NCBI GenBank assembly: GCA_051294905.1
Contig: CM119372.1
Span: 7,008,001 to 7,072,000, forward strand
Reading direction: 5' to 3'
Source: Botryllus schlosseri
Lineage: Eukaryota
DNA: 64,000 bases
Below are positions 1 to 13,924 of this stretch, piece by piece; position 1 is the stretch's first letter, and each line of letters begins with the position of its first letter. The position numbers were made by a program, and so were the translations under genes. Below the pieces are notes generated by a model. The model was not told the DNA's origin and did not search any database. It worked only from the letters and a program-made list of their open reading frames with translations.

Positions 1-3000
1 TGGCTTCATCAAATCTAGACTTCTGCTGCTATCAACGGCACGTGTGTTCAAGGAGAAGGTACGATAAATGATTATTGAATGAGGATACACGATTACGCTC
101 ATAATTTGGATGTGTTTTCTTGATAGGTATTTGAACTACAAATATTGTGCACAACATATCTTAGAGGATGAAAAATCCCCTTTCACATCATGTGAATATT
201 TGTCGAGAACCACAAAACGAAAATGCCCAAATCCTGCTCTTCGTCCAAGAAAGCAAAACAGGTTACTGATGTGGTTACCTTTTAAATCGTAGCACTATTT
301 GAATGTTATCGTTGCTCTATCAGTTTGCCCATTTTTTGCTCTGAGCACCTTCATGAACTCATTGTAAAAGAGAAGCATCAGAAGCAGAAAAGGAAATTGC
401 GAAGAAAACGAAAAATCCAGAAAGCATCTCTCATGTAAGAATTTAGCAATTGTTATACTATTCCAAAGAATTTCCGAAACAATTTTGGTGATGATTTGAT
501 CAACTAGTATCAGCGCAAACCCCCAAAATAACTTTAATTGGGTTTATCCACCTAAATTTACGAGGACCCGGACTGCATCCTTCTGATTTCAATGGGCATT
601 AGGGGTAGGCTAATAATCTCTTAGCTCAGATGACCTGATCTGCCCGTAAAGTAGATAATGCATTAGAAAATCTAGATTTCATGAATCATATTGTAGTGTA
701 GTTGGATCGGTTTCAAGTGATATATAGCCCTCTGTACTGTCCTCAAATTAATAATCTAACAACTTCATGGTACGCAAGACAAATTGAATAATATATGTTA
801 CATGAAGTTGCTCAGTGATCTTATACATGGTATATATATATATCACGGTTATTGATTTCTTGAGTTTTAATGAATTATATATCACAAAACATTGACCTAC
901 TAAGGAAACTTATATAAAATATGTAGCTGATTTACTGAAAAAAGGGATTGGAATCACTCACCAAACTGATTCTAGACTCGACCAACTTGAAAAACTCATT
1001 TCGTGAGATGTGAACTTGTCAACATTTCCATTTCTACTCGGGCGGCACAATTTTTTATTACATACCGCAGGCTGCAAACCCCGCTGACATATTTGATTCA
1101 AGAAGGCATTCAGTCTGATTCAGTTGAGTCAGTTCTTATTCAAAGTTCAAACTTTCAGTAAATCAGAATCCGCAAAAAGACAGAAGCTAGTGAATCAGCT
1201 TTATAAATACTCTGAAGAAACACCGAAGACTACTGATGGACAGATGAATCATGAAGACTCTGGTAGGACTTTGCATAACATCCACGAATAATTTGTTTTG
1301 CTAATTCTGTTTTGTGATGGCGCAGAATCTGATGTCGAAGACATTCAGCGTCCGATAAATGACGACTGGCCGCTTGAAAACCCCGCCTCTATCGGTACCG
1401 ATGCAGATTGGGATGATTTTGATCCTGTCAACAATGAAGTCTACGAACCGCTGAGATATGCAGGTATGCTGCGGCTCGTATCTGCCCATGAGAATTGTCT
1501 ATTAGTCAAACGCTACTTTTTTAAATATCTGCAAAAATGTGTCTCTTCCACTTGTAGGGTTCTGGTACTTGAAAAGTCATCAAAAGTTTTTCTTCTCTAC
1601 ATTCTTAAATCTAATTGCTGTGTCCAGCTGTAGTCAACTACATCAGCAATTGTATCTATTATGATTTTCCCTAATCCTGTCAGCCAGGAGTCTAGATACA
1701 AATTTTGCCTGGTCATTGTCCAACTTACAGCCTATGATGACCTTGAAAAAATAATGGTGTCTGTAATATCATGATTCTTGGAAAATACCTGTCTACTTCC
1801 TTGAATTTTCTGTCCTAAACCGACTCTTTGTGGTGATGCCACTACGATTATGCTTTAATCCCGATGTTCATATATTCATATTCTCCTCTTAACCTCGCGA
1901 TTGTCATATTTACAGACGTCTTAACACCCGAGGAAGTGGTGGCTACTGCGCAGAGTAAACTAATTCGTCTTCAGTCGTTATATATTGAACAGTTCAAGCG
2001 ACTGTTCCATCTGCTGGAGGAAAGGAGACGGCAGTATCTTCAAGATCTCAAAAGTGAGATCAAGGAAGAAAAGGCAAACTCGGGTAATCTACGCAAACTT
2101 TCTCAACATATTTCATCGTCAATTTAATTGCTGGCAGTTGTAACTTTACCAAGTGTAACTGTGGAACAAGTTACGATTTTCATCGTTTGTAAACAGAATT
2201 GGTCGAAGTCATCTCAACATAGCTACCCGTAAACCGGGGTAACTTTGGACACTAAGCAGTAAAAGATTTGAATGGTTATTGATGGAAACGGGTTGCCGCT
2301 GGATGTCCAATTCTTTTTCATGAGGCAACAATACCACAAGTAGTCTCAATAAAAGGTTGATTCATTTCACTACGGTACCTGATAAACTTGACCCAACATT
2401 GATAAATTAATGGCGGGGGTCAATTTCATGAAAATTGATAGCCATTAAACTTCTTACAACCCAACATACATATCATGTGATTCATAGATTCAAAACTTGG
2501 CAGCAGATACCTCTATGTAGTCTTGATCCATGGGAAAAATCTTGGTGGGCTCACCCTTAGATCAATACAAGAAAATGTGATGTCCAAAGTTACCCCGTCA
2601 AATTTTATGAGAACGGGGTAACTTTGGACAGTGAGAAATGTAATATTTAGAACTCTGGAAAGTGGCTGCTTCATCTGTGTCAAAGTGTACCGTCAACTAT
2701 ATTCCTTATGACCGGCCTGATGGCTTCTTGAAATGGAATGAGAAGGTTAATAAATTAAGAGTTTGCCAAAACATGAAAATATGGGTAGGCAATGAGCTGA
2801 GAGATTGTAATCGGGTGTAAGCTATTTCAAAGACTTACACATACTCCTAAAGATGCGCCTGCTGATTATGGGATATCGTAAATTACTACAAATATATCCA
2901 TCAGAGGACATAGGAGAGGGAAAGTGTATCTTTTAAAGAACTGTAATAGATTTGAAATCAGCAATAAATCACGGTAACATGCTTAATGTTCGCTATCGAT

Positions 3001-6000
3001 TGCTGGTACTGCCAGTGGGATACCCCTTATCGCCATACGTTGTTTATAAGTCCCAATTGGTGAAGGCATGAGGGAAAATTGAGATAAGGGATGAATAAGG
3101 GGGCATTAGCCTTCATAACCTACCTATTTTTTTTGGGGGGGGGGGGATTAGGTAAAAATCATACAATCAGACATGGGGTAATCGCGATTAGTAATCGTAA
3201 TCGATTACGACGATTACAGCATTTTGAAGTAATCGTAATCGCAATCGATTACATTCGAAAAAAATCCGAAGTAGTCGTAATCGTAATCGACTACTTCCCA
3301 TATTTAATCGATTTTTTTTTGTGAAAGAACGATTACTTTTTGTTTGTACAAGGACTATGACATAAACTGAATATTCGTGAACAAGAATGAGATAATATAC
3401 CAGGTTAGCGGTAGCACAAACGTCTGTTTTCAAACGCCACTGACTCATTATTACGTCAGAAGTATTAGCTCCGCTCGTCATTGCGTAAGAAGTATCCACA
3501 CATAGTAAACAGACATGCGATGGACATTAGTAGTGTGATTGTAAGAATAACCCCGTGGTGTATATCAGGTTATCAATACACTAGAGAAGCCCCTACCTCG
3601 CAGCAGGATATTGATCACCACTCTGCCTATAGTTTCAAATAGTAACTTATTTATTGATGTTTGGTGGTTGTGCTTAGTTAAACGCAGTTTACCGTTGCTG
3701 CTTGGCGAGCAGGAGGCATACGTACGCACGTGCACCTAACGAAGATTCGGAATTTTGTAGTCGTCGAATAAAACGTTGCAGTTTCCACAACGAAGCATTA
3801 CAAATAAACACCTGCTGATATATATCATAACCGAGCCGTGCTTAGCCGTTTCTCGTAATGGCAGCTCGCTGTATATGTATTAAGTTGAAGGCAGAATTTT
3901 TATGTTCACTATATCTTATTCTCATATAACTACTTGAAACGGGCGTAAATCGTTATTTCACAGTTCATTACTCAGCATTTGGACCTGCCGCCATAATCAT
4001 CCGCTTATATTGCTTGACATGTTAGCGGGGGTTTTAGCTAGAATCAGCAATTCAGCAACAACAGCAATTCGTCCCCCTGTCCATCCGTTGGTCGATTTTC
4101 AAAACAGAATTTCGTCAATAATATTGGTAATTGCATTATATTAATATTCATTTATAACCTTTCTCAGCCCGGAGTGTCAGATTTACCTGTAGAGCTGGGG
4201 CACGTAATTCATAATCATAGCATCTGGTATGTTGTTATAATTACTTTATTGTATGTTGCTAATTCGCGACCTCCAGTCTGTTGTATAATCAAAAGATATT
4301 GTACTCGCCCAAACGTAGCAGACTAAAAGAATATCTCGCGTGAGACGCACACAAAAATTGTCATGACTTTATTCCTTTGTGGGTGCGCCGGGTGGTATTT
4401 GCATTTTGGGCCCAGATTGGAAGGACAAGAGTTATTAGTCACGCCCACCCAGCGCGACTATTGCCAATGGACGAATACCCTAAGTTTCGGCCATGGTATT
4501 TCGTTGGTATCACATCCCGTGGAGTTGCGTGTTGGCCGAAACTGCATATGTCTTTTGGTGTGTTGTGGGATGGTGGCGCGGTAATAACCGGATCCGAAAT
4601 GCCTGTCCCCATAAAATAGCCCATGCATGTTTTTCTTGAGAGAAAGAGGTATGCATTTCAAACCCAGCTATCTACTGGAGCAGGGGTCACCAACCGTTTT
4701 GAAACGAAAAGCTACTTATTGTGTAGTGTGTAGGCCTACTGATTATTGCGACGACCGATGGGTTACCACTTAGTCCCGCCGTTTATCCGGGTTCAGTTGG
4801 ATTTCTTCACTTAGAGTAAGACAATCAGATCACTGGGCCGGGTTTCCGCCCCTTACCAAGAACAAAAAAGCTCACTCGCCGGGACTCACACCAGCTCCTC
4901 CGGGTTCAGTTGCGTTGCTGCAGTGCGCGCCGAAGCGCCAATCTCCGCGTCGACACTCGGGAATATTTTAACTATAGATTCCCGTTGAGCCGCCGCGTGG
5001 GCGAAGACAAGCAATGCCCCGAGTGACTGCGATCGTATGTTCCTTGGGGTCGGCCGACCCATGTTCAACTGCTGGTCATATGAAACCAGCTTCACCTTTC
5101 AAATCTCTTATTTGGATATTTGCTACAGCGACCGCGAGCGACTCATTTGGTCCGCGTTGGTGACCCCTGTACTAGAGACATTTGAATCGCAATGCTCGAA
5201 AAACATTTTCAAAAATTAATTAAATTCTTGAAAATACTCTATAATTTATGTTGGTTTACGAAAAACTTTTCAGTCCCCTTCGAGCACGCTCCACACCCTA
5301 TTAAGGAATTTGGGATGCGGCAGGTAAAGACCTGGCAATAATGCAAATTGTTGGGTGCAATAAATCATCCACTATAAAGTTGGGCAATTGGTATATTATG
5401 ACGTAATAAGCAAATGACGCATGATGTATGAAGAGAGTTGATATCTCATTAGGCCTTTTCATCGCAATCCTTGTATTGTCTACCAATATATCATTTAAGA
5501 AGCAAAACAAATGTAATCGTGAGTAATCGTGATTACTTTTCCAATGTAATCGTTATCGTAATCGACTACTTCCTGATTTTGCTGTAATCGTAATCGTAAT
5601 CGCGTGATTCCGAAGTAATCGTAATCGCAATCGATTACATTCATGAAGTAATCACCCCATGTCTGCATACAATAGGGTAGACACATACTATTTTGTTTCA
5701 GTTTTAGCCACTGCTCTCATCAACTCTTACCAAAGAAGCCTCATTTACGAGGTTTCATAAACAATAGAGGGTAAAGACGTACAAAAAACTACATTGCCCA
5801 AAGCTATCCCACATGCAGGAGTAACTTTGGACACGGATAATTTACAAAAATAAGGTACTTATTTATGACCATGAAGATTTTGGATTAGGTAATTCTAATC
5901 TTTGCTCCATGACCCCTAAAAACACAAAACTTGCGCCCCCTACACCCTAGCATTTCCAAGATACAAAGAGGAATTGAAAATTGTCCAAAGTTACCCCGGT

Positions 6001-9000
6001 TTACTAGTACTCGGGTATAAGTAGCACCGTATACTCCTAACTCAATTACAAGCATGAGTGATTTCTAAACATGTCAAAACAACTTCATGCAGAAGTAGAA
6101 AATCAGAGGGCCTAGGAATGACATGCTTTTAGCGGTTGGCTGCTTTTTGAGCGGCAGATTTACTTGCAAGTGACAGTACAAACAGATGCTTTATGAAACA
6201 GTAAGTAGTTTGCCTTAAAAATCAGTCCAAGTATCGTTATCACTTACGTATGTAGTGTACGTACTACGAAAAGTCCAAGCACTTCGGTAATGACCGTCTC
6301 TTCTGGTAAAACACTCTTAACAGACACAAATGTGAACAGTCGCAGGTTTCGCGAAACACGATGCGGAATTTGAAGAAAAGGACGACGTCCACGCGCTTGC
6401 TATGTGCGGAAAAAGAACCGGCGTCAATGCGTTGTTGAGAAAAAGGCAATTGCAGAAAAGACAGCGATCTGCTCGCTCCACAGTGAGTGTTTGTCGCCGT
6501 TTGACCACGTGCCACGTTTGTTTCATGTATTACTATGTTGCAGCGGGACAGTTTTGCTTCAATGCCGTCGTCGCCGCAACGTTGCGCTCATGCGTCCAAC
6601 CACACTCGGTGTAAAGCGTCTTGTCTGTCGTACACAAAGTATTGTCCGTCGCGTAAGCAGATTTAGCTGTTCCCAGTAGAGCTGGGCAAAATTGAGTTGC
6701 AACCGAATGACTAGATTCTGATTCATTAGGCGTCGAATTGGGAATTCGAGTATAACTCATAACGGTGTCAAAGTTGTAGAAAGTTACAAATTATGTACCA
6801 TTTATGCTACCATGAAGAATATAGGCTATAGTCAGTCCTACATCGGATTCAAGATAATTTGGTATTTTTCCGACCATGCCTATTTCATTGCTGTCTGTGA
6901 CAACGCTGTGGCTTGATGACGACTTCACAGATATGTGATTTCTACTATTTTCCGCAGCTTCGTACAACGGGTTTTGTATGATGCGATACGGCCAATCGAG
7001 GTTTCAAGGCTTCTCCAGTTAATAATACCATCGAAACTCAATTATAGTGGCAAGGAACGCAAAATGTAGAACTCGAAAGAATCTTCTCTCACTAATAGAC
7101 TTGAAACCTTTGAATTAATACTGGATTCAGATTCCAGTACTTGAATCCCAGCGCTAGTCCGTAGCGATGCGAGTTATAACATGCCCTTGATTTACAGTTC
7201 CTTGATTTACAGACATATTGGAAGATCCTCATCAGCTCCTGTATAAGAAATGTCACAACACCCTATGTCCGTTGCCGGTGAACCATCTTCTCGCCAGACC
7301 ATGTCCCAATGACGACGTTGACGGTCTGGAAACTGGCAATGTTTATTATTGTACCCTGCACGCTCCATTGCCGGAAATGACTTTCAATTTCCCGGATATC
7401 GTCACCACAGACGAGAAGGTATTGTAGTTGTGTTTATAGACCCTTTCCGACATGATTTTTGTCATATTATTATCTATCTCAGTTGATAGAAACTCGAATA
7501 TCTCTAGAAGATGATACGGTCGTGGACACTCCAATGTTACCTGAAGATGATCCGATTGAACAGCTGTGTCGCTGTAAGTATATTACCCATTAACGTAACT
7601 TGTACAAACTACGAATATAGTTAGTTGACAGTCAACTTGATAGTGTGTTTTTTAATTACTTTTAGTTCGTTGTCTTACAAGTAGAAAATATGTGTCGCTG
7701 TTCGGCGGGAATCGTGATACTGGTCTTCTGTTGTGTGATGTTATTGCAGCTGCAGCCATTGCCTGCTCAAAGTCGTCACTACTTTATCAGTGACATAACA
7801 AGGGATTGGGTTTTGGCGGACGAAACCCCATTGTTACAAACTCAAAACACCGAATTTAATCTAGTTAGTTGTGTTTTGATTTCACATTGGGAAAATCCAT
7901 TAGTTCCTCCGTGTCTGGTTGACGTACCACGTCTTGCTGATCGGAACCGTTTTTATAGATGCTGTCGAGCGCGAATCAAACACCGCTACCTTGGATAGTG
8001 AAAGTGCTAGCGCCATGGAGTCTGAGCCGTCTAGTGTCTTCAAAAAGTCTGAATCTGGAGTCGAGCAGTCTCAAAACGTTGACGATGCCGTGACGGACAG
8101 TGTTGATGTCGAATCCTTAGCATCGCGTCCTGGTGCTGACAAAATCTCTAATCACGTTTCTAATGCAAAAGATACCGATCCAGTGTCGGTAACAGTTGAA
8201 GACTATCCCGTGGGTGAACAGATGAGCTTACCAGCCAATGTACCTAGCAGGCTTGATGAGCAAAACCCGTCTCCAAAATCGGACGATGAAAATACAAATC
8301 CTAGTATGCAACTGCAAAATTTACCCGATAATGTGTCACCTGCTTCAGCTACACTCCCTAATGTTTTGCCAATGGATATTGGAGACTCTGTAAATTCCTG
8401 TGTTGGTAACGCGGGTGACTTGAATGCCACTGCTGAGAACGGTGACGTCCAGGAAATGGTCCCTCCAGCGAGGCTTCCCGATACCTCTGTCGGTTGTGAG
8501 AATGACAAAGTCTTGTCGAATGACGAGTCGAAGATATCTGTTGATGACGAACATACTGTCGGTGAACAGGAAATGTTACGTCAAAAAAATCTTGCGATCT
8601 CTGCCAACGATGATGCTATCTTACTGCATAAAGAAGACACTGCATCATTTGACGATACTGAACACAGTATGGCTAATGATGTTCCAGGAATGGAAGTAGA
8701 TGAACCGGAAACAATGTCACCTCGTGTACACAGTTTACACACTGATACTGAGTGTCAATCTGTCAAGCAAGATGTGACTAATGTTAAAGAAGAAGAATCG
8801 TGTGACGCTGTACTGGCGATTGGGAATCCCATCGGTGATCTTGGTTCTCAAAAAACACAGTCAAGCATGGTAGATTCTACGGAAGTTGCTGAGGCAGACA
8901 GGACATGTATCGCCTGTGATCAGTCAAAGTCAGCAGATGGAGTTGACTCTGATACAGTCTTCCGAAACCTTCAATCTGTCATGGTCGATAAAAGTGAAGA

Positions 9001-12000
9001 GCCTGTGACTGTTGCTGACGATTCTACGCATCTAACTGACAAATCTAAAACTCTCGAAAGTAGTTCCTCTTCCACATCTACTCGTGTTTTCGACAGAGAC
9101 TATAGTAAACTGAAGTCTCCACTGGCTGCAAGCCCTGATAATGACACAACTCCTGCCAGAGTGGAGGAACTTCCCAGCGATGCAAAGGGAAAGTCTTTAG
9201 CCTGTACGGAGCCTTTCTCAGAGCTTTCGACAGTCGAGTGTCAGGATTCCAAATGTGGTGTGCCGGAAGGTAACGAAGAAGCGCTGTCACTACATAGCGA
9301 CGAAGAGGAAATCTCGAAAGGTTCGGTATTATCTTGTAAAAAGGTGGCGACGTCATGAAATTTTTCTAGGTAGCCTAGCTAACATAGTTTGTGTAACGAG
9401 TACGTACAAAAAACCGTATGCCGATTTTAAGTATTGAGGCATTCGGTGTGTGGCACTGGTTTGCTCATACCTTGTTTGTGTGCCGTGAAGTTATGGCTGT
9501 ATTTTATTGCAATATCGAGTAGATCCTATGATGGCAGCAGAGAGTAATGAAATAATGCTGTGAGTGTGACTTTAGTGTTGCCGGTACCCGGTATGAATGT
9601 TTTTATATAGGTAGTGACGTCACAAAATGTCAATTGTGACGCATGTGAGCCAGGCAAGTTACTACCCCCAAATAGAAAATCTGGAAGGGCATCTGTGGAT
9701 GTCGCCACTGATGGGAAGCGCCGTGGCATGTTTGGTCTACTCTGCTGACTCCTTATGACTAGATGACCTTGCTATAAAGGCAGTATCGCATTTCCGTCGT
9801 CAAAGCATCTCGATGGTGCAGGCGAAAAAAAATACCCCCATTATAGTTTTTGGTTATCACCTGCGGTTTAAATCGACTCGGCTGACCGGTTACTAATATG
9901 GTCTGCGAATCGTTGCGGAGCAGGTATTGATGCAGTTCTGCAGACTAGTAGTAGTTAGTAGCAACGCAATGTGAGTTTGTTTGCGTGTGATCTCTCGAAG
10001 CATTGTGTTTTCTTCCGTCGTCCAAAGAATCACTAACAAAAACTGTCAATATAGCGTAATGGTGGAGCGTCTGGCTTCTTGATCGATACGTCGTTGGTTC
10101 AATCCCCGGCAGGTCCACACCAAAGACCTAATTTGTAACACTGATATCCACGGCATCCTAGTTTGGCGCTCAGCATTGCAGTGTGGTGCAAGACTTAGAA
10201 AGCCTTACAAAGCTATATCTGCACCTTGTCCGGCGGCATATGAACATCATGCACTTAAATCGTGTCGATGTAGGCCTACGTCACGAGTCGGTGTATAATG
10301 TATAAGCTGCGAAAATATCAAGGACAATATTCAACGTCCTATTGGTCTGCGCAAAACGATCAACTCGTCAGTTAGCCGCCGAGAGACTGCCAGATAACGT
10401 CGGCGATTTTCTTCTGTTATGGTTATGGCTAGGGCCATTTAAAGTCATTAAGGCCATATTTTTTTCTATGCATCAGTAAGTCGTGAAATCAATTTTAACG
10501 CAAAAACCGCATCCCTATGAGGTATATTAAGAAAGTTATAAAGTCATATTTCGTCAACCCGCATCAGCGTATGTGGAGCGCTTATTTTCCTTACTCAAGT
10601 CATTTTTACGTCCGAATTGTAACTACAAAGACTATAACATTCCACACGACATGAAACTGTACTACAACAGTGGTTTAAAATAAAAAAAATTGATGTTTAG
10701 TACTTCTATGTTGCGTATGTTTTACTCTTTAGTTCCGTGAGTGACGTTGTTCGCTTGTAAAAATACACCAATTTCATATAAAGTCATATTTTCCAAAAAT
10801 TAAAGTCATATTATTGATTTTTGAAGGTCATATAAAAATGGCCCTAGTTATGGCTCATAATCATTACCGTTGTAATCAGTTTTGGCCTAGCCTGACGATT
10901 AGTGAACTACCAGGAAATTCCCCGCTATTCCAGAGCAGACTAGAATTAAAACTACCAAATTCGCAAAAACCTGGAAATTGAATTGAATTCCTAATTGGCA
11001 ATGCATAAAATGAAGTTCAATGCATACTAAATCAAGCTCTTTCTTATCAGCACGAAAATGGCAAATGTCTCTTCATCAAACTTGGCTCGTTTTGCACTAC
11101 GACTATATACAGTATACACTCTATCTCCTGTATCATTTTCATGAAAGCCAGAAATTATATTAGAATTAAGTTATCGAATAGAAACATTTCTCTATGATTT
11201 GTCATATCAAACAACTAGAATTTTGTGGTTGTCCAAGTGTGTCGGCGAGCCAATACTGTGTTGAAGGTCTTCCTTCGTGCTAACGAGATTTGTTTGCAGA
11301 GCTAGTCGGTCTTATGGCGGTCCGCGTCTGTAGTGTGGAAGCGACGTGACGCAATCGAAATGTCACGACTCGACTGAGCAAATGCAAGCCCATTACCGCT
11401 TCGATACGGTACATGACTGGATTCATGTCAAATGCTGACTGACCGCGCTATTTTAGGCTAACGATTCTAGTTCTGGGACGATTTCCTTCATTCCAATAGA
11501 AATAGTATTTTCGTGTTACTATGGCGGTGCATTGGCTGCCGATGTCAGCTAGCTGTTTCGGCGACTTCGTAATTAATGCTAGCGTCACTGAACTCGCCAA
11601 TGGAATTAAGGCTGGCCCGTGGCGGTTATGGTTAGCTAGCTAGCATATCATTGAAACTATCTGTTGGATCACAGCATCATACTGCTTATCAATCGCCGCC
11701 AAACTGGCCGTTTGTAGTTGTTACTAGGTTACTATCAGAGATGCAACTGGGATACATCGGAAAACTCGTATGTGGACACTAAATAAACTCAGTACTCAGA
11801 TCCTATATTTCCCTCGAATTCCTATGAGGAAGCTGAGAAAATGGAAACTGGCTGTCATTAATTACAGTCATATTGACATAGAACCAAGTTTTAGCCCTTG
11901 ATATTCAAACTATAACAGTTCATACTGTACATTTTGCTCGGTTAACAATGTAAATATAAAAAAGATATGGTGTTTCAATTTTGACTCATTGCTAAGAAAA

Positions 12001-13108
12001 TAATTGGTGCGCGTTACTCCGAAAGCTCGTGGACGGTAAATAAACTGTGAAAGCAACCAAGATCTTATTTCCTTTATTGATACTAGCAGTCGAGTCTTGA
12101 ATCGGCGTAAATTGTAAGAAAACGGTTCCGAATTCTAAATAGTTGCCCTATGAACATGAGTCATGACTTTCTGCGGGCTGGAAGTTGGCATACAATAAAG
12201 CTCCATCACTTCACGGCCTTTCATTTTAGTAGTGAGATCGTTTCTCAAGACTCTGCCGTTACAATAGAACAAAATTCCTTGACAATGTAGCAATCAAGCA
12301 GGCAACTGAAGCTCGTACATTTTTCGACATTATGGTCTTACTAATCTAATATAATTGATTTTCGAACATAAAATTAACCTGACGAACATGTTGAAAAAAC
12401 CCAGATTTCAAGCACAAAACCCAGAAACCCAGGTGATGCTCGAAATACCCACATCTGGTGGAAAAACCCAGCAGTGGCATGCCTGGTTTACTTGGCAATA
12501 TCGAGTGGTAGGCTACAAGCTTTTTTTTAATCATCGGTCATTATGACGTGGTAGTAGTGTTATTCTTTGCGGTATTCATAGTGTTTTTCCACTACTTGTG
12601 CGTATAATGGTCATATACAATGGGCTGGGCCGATATTCCTCATGATTCCGTATCTGCCTACTAGTAGCACGGCCCACTTCCAGGCTTTTCAAGACGCTGC
12701 TTAGGAGTATTAGGACATGGAAAGTCCAAATATGTACCTTTTAAGCGACTAAGGGAAAAATAATGCCAGTTAACCGTTACGTAAAGATAATTTGGTATTT
12801 TCTGACCTGCTAAACGCGTAACCTGGCAAAACCTGCACGTTCTCTCACAAGCTGCGTGAAAATGATAATCTGATCGACAAAACTTGAATTGTATCGTTCA
12901 AATTTCGGCGGTTCCCGTCATTCATGTATTTTATGAAATTGCAGGTAACACTGGCGGCACGCCTGATAATGAGTCTGGTTTCGTGTCGCAAACCGGCGAG
13001 AGGAAGCCTTCGAGCGTCGAGGAGGAAATGGCGGTCGTGTCGCTCTTGCGACTCTGCACGGGACACCACAGCGACGAGGCCACGTCCAGCTCCACTGATC
13101 AGGATTGA
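1..13108 (+). CDS. KANSL2: KAT8 regulatory NSL complex subunit 2 (KANSL2/NSL2)-like, spliced. Exons ~<1-58, 127-261, 324-434, 1159-1262, 1326-1463, 1916-2083, 6346-6482, 6544-6652, 7213-7418, 7483-7573, 7959-9320, 12945-13108
   Basis: Phase-consistent GT-AG exons give [30 protein letters not shown] (C3HC3H zinc finger), [51 protein letters not shown] and a second finger [35 protein letters not shown]. These match the KANSL2 motifs I recall. Last two exons assigned by phase only; start codon probably just before base 1. Confidence 0.88.
3168..5665. mobile_element. Non-autonomous hAT-type element nested in the pogo-like element
   Basis: TIRs CAGACATGGGG / CCCCATGTCTG; perfect 8-bp TSD CATACAAT (3160-3167, 5666-5673); subterminal GTAATC repeats at both ends. 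Confidence 0.88.
4681..5169. mobile_element. hAT-type MITE (third nesting level)
   Basis: TIRs CAGGGGTCACCAAC / GTTGGTGACCCCTG; TSD TACTGGAG / TACTAGAG (7/8). Confidence 0.82.
6677..7156. mobile_element. Diverged copy of the TAGGGCTGGG MITE family
   Basis: Ends TAGAGCTGGG / CCCAGCGCTA; interior similar to 14226-14740 and 25962-26477 (TTTGGTATTTTTCGACCAT, GATTCAGATTC..GTACT). Confidence 0.7.
10050..10195 (+). mobile_element. tRNA-derived SINE fragment
   Basis: A-box-like TAGCGTAATGG and B-box GGTTCAATCCC, followed by a non-tRNA body (CACCAAAGAC..TTGGCGCTCAGCATT); no complete cloverleaf. Confidence 0.6.
10430..10846. mobile_element. hAT-type MITE
   Basis: TIRs TAGGGCCATTT / AAATGGCCCTA; perfect TSD GTTATGGC (10422-10429, 10847-10854); internal TAAAGTCATAT repeats. 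Confidence 0.88.
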
Positions 13109-13924
13109 GAATTCGACTGTTCGAATTTTGTGAGAATTCGACTGTTCGAATTTTGTGAAATAAATATTGTGGTTTATTTCGAAATCCGCTGCATTAATGA
13201 GCGGTGTGGGGCTATAGGTGAATATGTTTTTTTAGAGTCAGTTGGTAAAATTTTGAGCAGAGCAATAGATGTTGCAGTCAGGTCAGCGTTCGCTGCTTGG
13301 GGTTCTCTTCTCTCCCGCTGCTGGATTGAATTTCAGCGACTTGCTCATTGTTATAATCGGTGCAGCGCTGTCGTAGATTTGCGCGTGTTGTTACTGGAGC
13401 TGTTGGTCATCGTAACTTGGCCTTGTCATTGTACGAAGATTGCGAGCTCTGCATGGCTCTCTCGGTTTGTGCCTTTGTATCACAGTCTGAAATGGCAAAA
13501 ATGACTTGAAAATAGGCCTACATTTGAAATACCAAGTTCTTTTTCTCGGACACTAATATTTAGGATTAGCCGTATAGCGCTAAGTTTGGTTTTCGACTCT
13601 TCATTCAAATTGTATATGTAGAGTGCTGTGAACGCACCTAATGTCAGGTTTGAGTTTCATCAAACTGGTCAGAGGTCATCACTAGATTGTACGGAAGGAA
13701 TACATTTCATGACAGCATTGAAGCATCAAGTCTGGTGAAAACGGATATCAGACATTGACAATTGATATATAGGCCTACTATACAGAGCGAAAGTTTCTGT
13801 TCCGAGTTTGGCTGCATCGTGCTGTTAATCGAGCCTTGAAAGAAAGAATGTCTTCCTCTGGTATCGGTCCACAGACATTGAATCATATGCTACGTTGTGC
13901 ATAAAAGTGATGCGTTATACTTAC

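Larger units (their letters stand above)
2226..6007 (+). mobile_element. Degenerate pogo/Tc1-mariner-type DNA transposon in KANSL2 intron 6, interrupted by nested hAT elements
   Basis: TIRs CCCGTAAACCGGGGTAACTTTGGACA (2226) / TGTCCAAAGTTACCCCGGTTTACTAG (to 6007), each flanked by TA. Internal copies of the TIR core at ~2581, ~2614, ~5820. Remnant GTASGIP..PYVVYKS at ~3005-3055 resembles pogo DDE_1 transposases. Confidence 0.75.

Noticed and set aside
486..640. Possible C/D-box snoRNA in KANSL2 intron 3 (GTGATGA..CTGA)
   Set aside because: No terminal stem or recognisable rRNA guide; such short boxes occur by chance.
7690..7998. 102-aa ORF with a signal-peptide-like start
   Set aside because: Lies mostly in a KANSL2 intron and overlaps the large exon out of frame; no domain evidence.
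9611..9653. Alternative KANSL2 exon (TTTTATATAG|GTAGT..)
   Set aside because: Gives a stop after 9 codons and has only splice-site appearance as support.
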